64,000 bases of DNA, from positions 46,008-110,007 of the forward strand of contig NIVC01002032.1 in NCBI GenBank assembly GCA_002269645.1. Direction: 5' to 3'. The position numbers and the translations under genes were made by a program. Origin of the DNA: Macrostomum lignano. Its lineage: Eukaryota. The number at the start of each line of letters is the position of its first letter. The first letter of the stretch is position 1. Below are positions 12,601-22,936 of the stretch, in pieces. The notes beneath the pieces were generated by a model. It did not search any database, was not told where the DNA came from, and was given only the letters and a program-made list of their open reading frames with translations.

Positions 12601-13164
12601 GGCAATCCTACACTTCCGTTCGGTGGATTGTTTTAACATTTGAATTCGTACCACCGAGTCAAATGACGTCAATTGGCAATGTGTCTATGGCCAAAAGTTT
12701 GAGCGAACAGAGTTTAAGGGGGTGTCAGTTTAAGGGAGCTGTTGCTTGTGAGCTGCTTGTTTTTTGAGCTTCAATTTCTCTCATTTCCCATCGGCTGCAC
12801 TTCGTAGATCCAGCAGACCTAACAGTCCACACCAACACCGTGGAGGGCACATAGGCCCACGCAAAGTGCAAGATCTGCAACATGCATAGCACGAGCGATG
12901 CTCTCTTCGATGCACACATTGAGGAATTCCTCTGGCATTGTCTATATCCCCAATGTCCATTTGGGGCTATCCTGTACTGGATTGGACATTACTATCCATT
13001 ATAGACACCTTAATGACCTGCAGACACACTCTAAGTGACTATGCACTCTAACAGACTGCTACCACGTTCCACTGTTTCAGTTTTGTTTGGTTACATTGTT
13101 ATTTAACACGCCTGTTCAAAATTCAGTGTCAAAATAATTTACCGAACGGAAGTGTAGGATTGCC
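12601..13164 (+). mobile_element. Internally deleted Merlin (IS1016/ISXO2-like) DNA transposon
   Basis: Perfect 24-bp TIR GGCAATCCTACACTTCCGTTCGGT (fits the GGNRM terminus) and 8-bp TSD ACATTATC (12593-12600, 13165-13172). Internal 12789-13004 reads HRLHFVDPADLTVHTNTVEGT*AHAK...FDAHIEEFLWHCLYPQCPFGAILYWIGHYYPL*, the Merlin transposase C-terminus. Confidence 0.88.
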
Positions 13165-13984
13165 ACATTATCAATTATTATGAATTATGAATTAGAAATT
13201 AAACATTAAAAATGCTGGGCCTTGTTTGATTAATTAGGCCTAGGGGCCTAGCCTGGCTCTGTTTTAACTAAGCAAGGCCTAAATGCTAAACTAGGTTTTT
13301 GTCATTTTATAAAAATTATATTCAATTAATTAAGTACTTACTAAGTAGGCCCTACTAGTACTATTTTATGAATATCATTTATCAAACAAAAAAGCCTAGA
13401 ACAAGGTTTATCAAATGAGACTATTTTTATAATGATTTGTAGAGAAATATAGACTTTAGAATCTTTTGTCCTTCCTTTCCCTAAACTAAAAACAAAGTTG
13501 ATATTAGGGGCTTAGGTAAAATCAAAATTTTAGCCAATATAGGTTAGAAAGAATGTTTCTTTATAGAGGCCTAATATAAAATTTATAAATATTCATTTTT
13601 GGAAAGTTTTATTTCAATAGCTAAAAAGATATGGATACAGACAAATGACAAATATATTTTTGCTAAAATCCTAACTTAGGAATTAAAGTTTTTAAGATAG
13701 CCTTTAGCCAAGGCCTAGCTAGGCTACTATCAATGGGATTTAGAATTTAAAACCTATTTGATCTGCATTCAATCATATCTAACATTTGATTTAATAGCTA
13801 TATTAGCTTTAAACTAAATAAACAAAATAGAATATTAGATTAAATAAGAGAATATGATTTTTTGATAATAAAATAGTTCAAATTTTATCTAACTAAATAA
13901 ATCTAAGATAAAACTCCTATGTTATCTTTTAGATTAAGATTTTATGATAAGATTATTTATGGTTGTACTGCTATAAGAATAAGA

Positions 13985-14180
13985 TAAAGGTTGGCAAATT
14001 TTTTTATCTTGAAGGCCAGATCAAGAATCTAGCTTATGGATGTAGACCAAAAGAAAGTAAAAAGAAAAGGATAGAACATATAAGATGAGAGAAAAGAGAA
14101 GAAGAGAAGCCTGAAAAGAAAAAACAAGGAGAGATGGGAAGAAAAAAATAAAGAAAAGAAAGTTGAGAAGAGAGAAAAGA
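13985..14180 (-). mobile_element. Hypermutated relic of the hAT MITE family (one end plus GA tract)
   Basis: TAAAGGTTGGCAAATTTTTTTATCTTGAAGGCCAGATCAAGAATCTAGCTTATGG aligns with the reverse complements of 19214-19280 and 15803-15869. Confidence 0.75.
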
Positions 14181-14296
14181 TAAGCATGCCATATTGCTAT
14201 TGTAAAGTTAAAGTTACTACATATTTCAAAGCATCTACAGGCCAGAGCTTACTTTCTAGCACTCATTAGATGTTTCTTTTTTTGAATGATTTTCAG

Positions 14297-17200
14297 GCAG
14301 ACCAAAACTTAGAGCAACAAACAGGCGAGGATAGCGAAGTTAGTAAGGAATGGATTGAGTAAGTACTCATTTTCTAGACCTAAATTCTTACTTAAAGTTC
14401 ATAAAGTTCTATCAAATTATTTCAACATAATGGCCTTTGGTATAGATGGCAGTAACTTTAAGATTTAGTAAATGCCTAGATCTAAAAAATAAGACGTAGC
14501 TAGTACTAATAGCTAGATGTAGTGCATGTATGAATTCGGGTACAGCAGTCTATTTTGATCTACACTTTCTACTTCACAAAATAATCTAACAGGCTTCAAC
14601 TAAACCTGAAGCGTCAGCTGAAATTAATCAACGAGTTGCCATGGCAACAAGCCAGACGCTTAGTCAGCCACTGTCCATCCGCCAGTGAACTGAACAACCC
14701 CAGCTTTGTCCTGCCCGATGGGCGTCAATCACTGCCTGCGGCTAGTGGCCGGCGCCGATCTGTCATTCGTCAAAGGCGACTCAGAGACCGCCTGCGCCAG
14801 TTTAGTAGTGCTCAGCCTGCCCAATCTCAGCCCGGTGCACAAAATCTGTCGCCAAGTCAAAGTCTCGCATCCATACGTGCTAGGATTTCTCAGCTTCCGC
14901 GAGGCGCCCCCGTTGCTTGAACTGTTGGACGAGCTGCGCGCTACAAAGCCGGAGCTGATGCCGCAGGCTCTTCTACTTGACGGCAATGGCACCTTGCACC
15001 CGCGCGGATTCGGTTTGGCCTGCCACGTTGGCGTGCTGGCCGGCCTACCGACTGTGGGCGCGGCTAAGAGCTTCTTCCATGTTGACGGGCTCGACCAGAA
15101 GCAGGTGCGAAAGCTGGTTAAGGAGGCCGGCAACAGGTTAGTGGCGTAGTTGGAATCGATAAATTGTCAGAGTTTCACTATTCACCGCCGATCCCAAACC
15201 TTACACAACGTTGAAAAAAAACGTCACGATGACAAGACTCACTGTCACTAGTGCCTCTAGCGCAGTCGCAGGGGTTGGCAAACTTCGGTCCGCGGCACAC
15301 ATGCGGCCTGCAGAGCCTCTCTATCCGGCCCTCGGGTCCTTTGAAACTTCACGATAGCAATCCGGCCCGCTCAGGGTTTGTGTCTCTCCTTGGCTCTCTT
15401 TTCTCTAATCACCTCTTTTTTTCTTATCTCTTCTCCTCCTCTCTTGTCTCATCTCTTCTCTCCTCTCCTCTCCTCTACTGTCTCCTTTTTTCTTTGCTGT
15501 CTCGTCACTCCTCTCCTCTCTTCTCCCTTCTCTTCTCTCCTCTCTCCACTCCTCTCCTCTCCTCTACTGTCTCCTTTCTCCTCTGCTGTCTCCTCTCTCT
15601 TCTCTCCTCTCTTCTCGCTTCTTTTTTCTCTTCTCTTCTCTCCTGTCTCCTCTCTTCACTCTCCTCTTCTGTCTCTTCTCTCCTCTTCCCCTCTCCTTTC
15701 CTCTTCTCTCTCCTGACTCCTGTCCTCTCCTTTCATCTCGTCTCATTTTTTCCTCGCCTCTCCTTTCTTCTATCTTCCCTATTCCCTCTCCTTTCCCCTC
15801 CTCTGACCCGCAGTCATGCTCTAGGTTCTCTATCTGGTCCTCGAGGTAAAAACAGTTTGCTGGCCCCTGCTCTACCGACTCTGGAGTGGCTCTTGTGACT
15901 TTGTTTAACGACTCAAACTTCTATAATTCCATTGTCCAAGAGTCGTTAGTGTTAGCGCTCAAATTTCTTCTAATTTAAGTAGGCTAAATAGAGTTGTTAT
16001 AAATGCGAAATGCGATTCTAATTTGTAAAGTGACGCAGATGCGCTTCAGACGCAACTCGGTGATTCTGCAGCGTGTCTGGCACGCCCCCTAAGCTTTTAC
16101 AACACCCTAACCATACTTATAAACCCCATCCTAAGCCCTTTAGCTGGGTTTTAAGCGTGAGAATTGCACTGTTATTCGGTATACGGTGTCCAACTTCTGG
16201 ATGTTAAAATTTAAACTTGATTTCATGACACACGCTATGATCGGAACAAGTTGGCACATTGTTTCTCGGAGAAGTTTTGAAGGCCTTTTCTCAAGATGAG
16301 TTCCAAGGTCCCAAATTGCTCAAAATGAGTTCTAACATCCCAAATTGCTCAAAATGAGTTCTAACATCCCAAACTGCTCAAGATGAGTCTTAAAATCCTA
16401 AATTGCGAGCCAGATGAGTTCCGAGATCCCAAACTTCTCAAGATGACTCTTAAAATCCCAAACTGCTCAAGATGAGTCTTCAAATCCCAAATTGCTAGCA
16501 AGATGAGTTCCGGGATCCCAAACTGCTCAAGATGAGTCTTAAAATCCCAAACTGCTCAAGATGAGTCTTCAAATCCCAAACTGCTCAAGATGAGTCTTCA
16601 AATCCCAAATTGCGAGCAAGATGAGTTCCTAGATCCCAAACTGCTCAAGATGAGTCTTAAAATCCCAAATTGCGAGCAAGATGAGTTCCTAGATCCCAAA
16701 CTGCTCAAGACGTGTCTTCAAATCCCAAATTGCGAGCAAGATGAGTTCCTAGATCCCAAACTGCTCAAGACGTGTCTTAAAATCCCAAACTGCTCAAGAT
16801 GAGTCTTCAAATCCCAAACTGCTCAAGATGAGTCTTCAAATCCCAAATTGCGAGCAAGATGAGTTCCTAGATCCCAAACTGCTCAAGATGAGTCTTAAAA
16901 TCCCAAATTGCGAGCAAGATGAGTTCCTAGATCCCAAACTGCTCAAGACGTGTCTTAGTCAAGATGAGTCAAATCCCAAACTGCTCAAGATGAGTCTTCA
17001 AATCCCAAATTGCGAGCAAGATGAGTTCCTAGATCCCAAACTGCTCAAGATGAGTCTTAAAATCCCAAATTGCGAGCAAGATGAGTTCCTAGATCCCAAA
17101 CTGCTCAAGATGAGTCTTCAAATCCCAAATTGCGAGCAAGATGAGTCTTCAAATCCCAAACTGCTCAAGATGAGTCTTAAAATCCCAAATTGCGAGCAAG

Positions 17201-17551
17201 ATGAGTTCTAAGATCCCAAATAGCCCATAAAAGTCTCAGAATCCCAAGAAGATGGCCAAGTTATAAATAAGTAAATGCTCGTATCAATGATACAATAACT
17301 TTCGTGCTCATTTGCACCTCAGAGACTACTATATCAAGGGCGAGAGCGGTGCCGTGATTGGCTGCGCCCACGTGCCCGACGTATCAGTAAAAAACCCGGT
17401 GTACATCAGCTGCGGTCACATGATCTCCCTGTCAACCGCGGTCTGGCTTGTCGGCCACTGCTGCCGTTATCGGGTGCCCGAGCCGACCAGGTTGGCCGAC
17501 TTCGAATCGAGGGAGTTTCTTAGACAAGAATCGGCCGCGTCCAAGACTTAA
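14297..17551 (+). CDS. ENDOV: Endonuclease V; exons 14297-14358, 14593-15136 (+1 frameshift near 14732-14739), 17323-17551; start codon unresolved
   Basis: EWIELQLNLKRQLKLINELPWQ; LRLVAGADLSFVKGDSETACASLVVLS; PYVLGFLSFREAP; LLLDGNGTLHPRGFGLACHVGV; PVYISCGHMISL...YRVPEPTRLAD. The catalytic D, E, D, D positions are present. Splice sites are GT-AG. Exon 2 is 544 nt, which is 1 mod 3. Confidence 0.92.
15269..15869 (+). mobile_element. hAT (Charlie/Buster-like) MITE with internal CT-rich tract, ENDOV intron 2
   Basis: TIRs CAGGGGTTGGCAAACT / AGTTTGCTGGCCCCTG. Near-TSD CTCTAGCG (15255-15262, 6 nt outside the TIR) and CTCTACCG (15870-15877), resembling the NTCTAGAN target preference. Confidence 0.75.
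16300..17220 (+). repeat. ATCCCAAA-core minisatellite, 29/31-bp units forming a 60-bp higher-order repeat, ENDOV intron 2
   Basis: The 20-aa periodicity of the spurious ORFs confirms the 60-bp period. Confidence 0.92.
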
Positions 17552-17949
17552 AGAGGCTGTGCATGATTATTAATCAGCTAAAAAATTGTCGCTTTAAGTA
17601 CACTACAAAAATCTGTGATAATTGTGTGTTTCTTGGTTGATTTTATAACATATTTTCTTTGTTTGTAGCCTTGTGTGTCTTAAGATGCTTTTTTGTATCA
17701 ATATTTTATTATTAAACAAGCTGTTGAAACCCGCGGATTTTGAACCCGGGGAATTCCAATACCCGGAACTACTTTTGCATGTATTCTGAAATCTAAGGCC
17801 ATACACAAACAAAAACTTGTTAATAGTTAGTAGGATAGAGGTAGACATAAAATGGAGCACATTCGTGTAAAATTAGGGTTTGAGACATTGTTGGCTGGGG
17901 TACTGCGCAGAATGTCAGGCAATGTCTGTCTGACTCTAAAACATATATT

Positions 17950-18417
17950 GCTAAACTCTGGCCTCTCCCTGACTCTCCCTACGTCCCTTGGATCCTTTAA
18001 AATTTCTATCGTCTCTTTGTTTCCTCTCATCTCTCTCGTCCTTCGTCTCTCCTCTCTCCTCTCTCCCCTCTTCTCTCGTATTTTCCCTCATCTCTCTTCT
18101 CTTTCATCTCTCTTATCTCATCTCTTGTCTCTTTTTTTCTCTCTCCTCTCCTCTCTCCTCTCTACTTTTTCGTTTTCTCTCTCCTCTCCTCTCTTCTCTC
18201 CCCTCTCCTCTCTCCTCTCACCCCCTCTTCTCTCTGATCTTCATTCTCCTTTCTATTCTTTTCTCTCTTCTCTTAACTCTTTCCTCTAATCTCTCATCTC
18301 TCCCCTCTTCTCTCGTCTCTTCCCTCATCTCTTTTCTCTCTCGTCTTTGCTCTCTCATCTTTCCTTTCTCTTCTTTTATCTTTTCTCTCTTATCTCTTCT
18401 CATTTCTCTCTGCTCCC

Positions 18418-18511
<94 letters not shown>

Positions 18512-19280
18512 CTCTCTCCTCTCCCATCTCTCTTCTCCTCTCTACTCTCTCCCCTCTTCATTCTCCTACTTCCTCTTCTCTCTCCCTGTCTCTCCTCTCT
18601 CCTCTAGTCTCTGTAATCTCTTCTCTCTTATCTCTCCTCTGTTCTCTCTACTCTCCCATCTCTCGTCTGTTCATCTGCTCTCTCATCTGTCATCTTTACT
18701 CTCTTATACGTTCTCTCACTTATCTCCTCTGTACTCTTCTCTTTCACCTCTTCTGACTCCTCTCTTTCCTTACTCCTTTCTTCTTTTCTCTTCCCTCTTC
18801 TATGCTCTCTCTCCTCTATTATCTTCTCTCGTCTCTCTGCACTGTCCTCTCACCTTTTTCATCTCTCATCTCTTCTTTCATCTGTCTCATCTCTACAATC
18901 TCATCTCTTTCCTCTCTCCTCCTCTTCCCTTTACTCTCTCATCTCTCCTTTCTCCCCTCTTCTTTCACCACTCTCTTATCTCTATCTCTTCTCTTCTCAC
19001 TCCTCTCTCCCCCTCTTATCTCCTCTCTTCTCTATCCTTTCTACTCTCTCCTCTCTAATCTCTCCTCTCCTCTTGACCCTCTGTCATCTTCTTCTGCTCT
19101 CTCATCTCTACTCTCTTCTCACCTTTACTCTTTCCTCTCTTCCTTTCTCCCCTCCTCTCGCTTCTTCCTCCCTTCTTCTCTGCTCTCTCCTCACCACTTT
19201 TCCTTTTCACTCTCATCTGGCCCGCAGCCATGAGCTGGATTCTTTATCTGGCCTTTGAGATAAAAATCTGCCAATCCCTG
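17950..19280 (+). mobile_element. hAT MITE family copy with 1.2-kb CT-rich tract including pure (CT)n at 18420-18508; left end diverged
   Basis: Right end TCTGGCCCGCAGCCATGAGC...AATCTGCCAATCCCTG matches the 15269 element. The left part CTCTCCCTACGTCCCTTGGATCCTTTAAAATTTC resembles CTCTCTATCCGGCCCTCGGGTCCTTTGAAACTTC. Confidence 0.65.
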
Positions 19281-19639
19281 CTTCGAAAGTACTATCATGG
19301 GACGTAGTACTATCATGGTTGTTATCATTTCTCATGCTTTAATCACGTCATCTTTCTGGCCAATTAGCAGCCCTGAGAGGAATTTGTGTATCTCCATTTT
19401 CCAGCTCCACCACCACAGTCTGCAGCAGTCTAACAATCAAGGAAATACGTATTTCTTAGGAGGCCATTTTAATTTTAAAGTTACCTTATGCGAATCTTAA
19501 TGTTAAAATTTTCATGGTGTAACTTTAGTAGGATTGCATTGTAAATCAGTTATTCATTAATTTTTCGCTATTTTTATAAACCATCCCACATCGCCTTGAT
19601 TTGCCATCCTTGTTTAACTGCTGCGACTTGTCTATACAG

Positions 19640-20423
19640 AGGACAGTAGATTGAATCTCTCGCTAAACTCTCTCCTCTCCACGCCTCTCCACTCGCGGGG
19701 GTACAGAGAAGGCTATTAAAAAGTTATTCCAAAACACTGTACATTCGCTATGTACATTGAGCCCTATCGCCTGATCCTTCGTCTGGGGGAATGAGTTGGA
19801 TGAGCGGCAAACAACAGAAAAAGCAGACAAACTTCACATGCTTACAGTTTCTTTTTCGGTTGAGTTACAGAGTTGAAACTTTACATTTAGATAGAGAATG
19901 GGTCAATGAAGAATTGTGTCAAGTTTAAAGTCAATCGCTTCACGTGGAGCAAAACTATGGCAGCCGAAAGTTAGGCATTTTAAAACCTACTCACACCCTT
20001 TGCCCAGATCGGGAAAGAGAGGCAGGCGGGCGGAGGTTGGGGTGGCTGCCTCGCTGAAAAAAACAGCCAAACTTTAAAAGTGCACAGCGCCGTTCAGGAT
20101 TAACTTTCAGATTCGAAATTTTACACGATTGTGTCAAAATAGTTGAAAATTGATTGTGTCAAATTTGAAGAGGATCGGTAGAAGTGGAGCGGCGCTATGG
20201 AGGATTTAGTGAAAAAATCGCGCATTTTGAGCAGTTTTTTGTACTTTTAGGTAGGAAGACTTGAGTCTAGGAAATTTTAAGGTAGCCTAAGACATTCTCC
20301 GTAGTAAGTTTAGGGTGGGTGTAAAGTTTGGTGTAATTTGGTTGAGCGGTTTGGGAGTCCATAGCGAAGTAATTTGTCCACAGACAGACAGACAGACAGA
20401 GTTTTGATTTTTATAGGTAGAGA
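19640..20423 (-). mobile_element. Non-autonomous Helitron/HINE-like element; 3' end not located
   Basis: The minus strand starts A|TCTCTACCTATAAAAATC followed by (TCTG)n. There are three diverged TGTGTCAARTTT..ATCG-like modules. This layout is typical of invertebrate non-autonomous Helitrons. Confidence 0.45.
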
Positions 20424-20629
20424 TGGTATTAAAGCTAACAAGCTAATGCTGTTTTTTCTCAGTACATTGTGAATTATATGCAACATATTTTATGATGTTT
20501 GTGAGGACTTGGATTTCTTTACTTTTTACCCTTTCTAAATTAATGTTAATCCTAATGCCAAAAAATTATGATGCAAATTCGTAAAAAAATCTCATGATTG
20601 CTAGGAAAATCGCGCGATCTCATGGTGAA

Positions 20630-21415
20630 GCTCAAGATCCCCATGGCTCACTTGAGAGTCCCAAAATCCCAAATGGCTCAATTAAGAGTCTCAAGATCCC
20701 AAATAGCCCAATTAAGAGTCTCAAGATCCCAAATAGCCCAAATAAGAGTCTCAAGATCCCAAATAGCCTAATTATTAAGAGTCTCAAGATCCCAAATAGC
20801 CCAAATAAGAGTCTCAAGATCCCAGATAGCCCAAATAAGAGTCTCAAGATCCCAAATAGCCCAAATAAGAGTCCCAAAATCCCAAATAGCCCAATTCAGA
20901 GTCTCAAGATCCCAAATAGCCTAATTATTAAGAGTCTCAAGATCCCAAATAGCCCAAATAAGAGTCCCAAAATCCCAAATAGCCCAAATAAGAGTCCCAA
21001 AATCCCAAATAGTCCAATTAAGAGTCTCAAGATCCCAGATAGCCCAAATAAGAGTCTCAAGATCACAAATAGCCCAAATAAGAGTCCCAAAATCCCAAAT
21101 AGCCCAATTCAGAGTCTCAAGATCCCAAATAGCCTAATTATTAAGAGTCTCAAGATCCCAAATAGCCCAAATAAGAGTCCCAAAATCCCAAATAGCCCAA
21201 ATAAGAGTCCCAAAATCCCAAATAGCCCAATTAAGAGTCTCAAGATCCCAAATAGCCCAAATAAGAGTCCCAAAATCCCAAATAGCCCAATTCAGAGTCT
21301 CAAGATCCCAAATAGCCTAATTATTAAGAGTCTCAAGATCCCAAATAGCCCAAATAAGAGTCCCAAAATCCCAAATAGCCCAAATAAGAGTCCCAAGATC
21401 CCAAATAGCCCAATT
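20630..21415 (+). repeat. 30/33-bp ATCCCAAAT-core minisatellite (AAGAGTCTCAAGATCCCAAATAGCCCAAAT)n
   Basis: Tandem units ending about 60 bp before the PAFAH1B acceptor. Confidence 0.94.
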
Positions 21416-21479
21416 AAGTGTCCCATGATAAAAAATCCTTTTCCCTTTTATTTAAAAACTAAAAAATCTAACATTCCAG

Positions 21480-22936
21480 GCTAACTTACCAAGTGTCCCC
21501 AGCACCGGTAGCACCGGCAGCAACGTTCTGAACCCTACACTGCCTGTGGATCTGTTAGGGGACGGTCGCTGGCTCAGTCAGCACAAACGATTCCGCGAGA
21601 AAGCCGTCGATAGAGAGCCGGATGTGATTTTTATCGGCGACAATATTGTGCAGCGAATGCAGTTCACCTCAACCTGGCAGGATCACATCGAACCATTGCA
21701 CTGCTTGAACTTCGGCATCTACGAAGACCGGATCGAGAATATTCTTTATAGGATTGAGGACGGCGAGTTGGAGGACTGCTCACCGAAAGTGGTGGTGCTG
21801 CATGCAGGCAATAATAATCCGGAACTGGCTGCTGATATCGCTGCTGGTGCGTTTTTTGGCCTGTCTGTGTCCATCTGTACCTGTCCATCTGTACCTGTCT
21901 ACATTTCCATCTCTACCTGTCGATCTGTACCTGTCTACATGTCCATCTGTACCTGTCTACATTTCCATCTCTACCTGTCGATCTGTACCTGTCTACATTT
22001 CCATCTCTACCTGTCGATCTGTACCTGTCTACATTTCCATCTCTACCTGTCCATCTGTACCTGTCTACATTTCCATCTCTACCTGTCCATCTGTACCTGT
22101 CTACCTGTCCATCTCTACCTGTCCATCTCTACCTGTCCATCTGTACCTGTCTACATTTCCATCTCTACCTGTCCATCTGTACCTGTTTACATTTCCATCT
22201 GTACCTGTCTACATTTCCATCTCTACCTGTCCATCTGTACCTGTCTACATTTCCATCTCTACCTGTCCATCTCTACCTGTCTACATTTCCATCTCTACCT
22301 GTCCATCTGTACCTGTCTACATTTCCATCTGTACCTGTCTACATTTCCATCTGTACCTGTCTACATTTCCATCTGTACCTGTCTACATTTCCATCTGTAC
22401 CTGTCTACATTTCCATCTGTACCTGTCTACATTTCCATCTGTAACTGTCTACATTTCCATCTCTACCTGTCCATCTGTACCTGTCTACATTTCCATCTCT
22501 ACCTGTCCATCTCTACCTGTTCACCTGTCCATCTCACCTGTCTACCTGTCCATCTCAAGCTGGCGCACAACTGCCACTCATTGCAGGCATTCGCAACCTG
22601 GCCGAAGTGGTGCACCAGCAGCTGCCCGGCGCCAATGTGATCGTGCTGGGCCTCCTGCCAGTCGGTGAGCACAAAAATCCCAGGCGTACAAAGCATGCCG
22701 AGGTGAACCGCCTGCTGACAGAGCAGCTGTCCCAGAGTGGCCGCACTACTGTGCTGATCCCAGACTGGGACACCTTCCTACAGCCGGACAAGAGCCTGTC
22801 CCATCGAGACATGTACGACTACTGCAACCTGACCGATTTGGGCTATTCGAAATTGTTCGAACCGTTGCTCGAATTGCTTCAAGAAGAATTGCACAGCTTC
22901 CCGTCTGCTGCTGCCGGCGACTCCGATCACGAATGA
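21480..22936 (+). CDS. PAFAH1B2/PAFAH1B3: PAF-acetylhydrolase IB alpha-subunit homologue (SGNH fold), predicted catalytically inactive; exons 21480-21846 and 22587-22936
   Basis: GDGRWLSQHKRF...EPDVIFIGDNIVQ...PLHCLNFGIYED...GELEDCSPKVVVLHAGNNN...G|IRNL...VIVLGLLPVGEHKNPRR...RDMYDYCNLTDLGY aligns with human PAFAH1B2/3. Phase-1 GT-AG intron at 21847-22586. Confidence 0.93.
21862..22555 (+). repeat. 14/22-bp (36-bp higher-order) minisatellite filling the PAFAH1B intron
   Basis: Units CATCTGTACCTGTCTACATTTC and CATCTCTACCTGTC. Confidence 0.93.
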
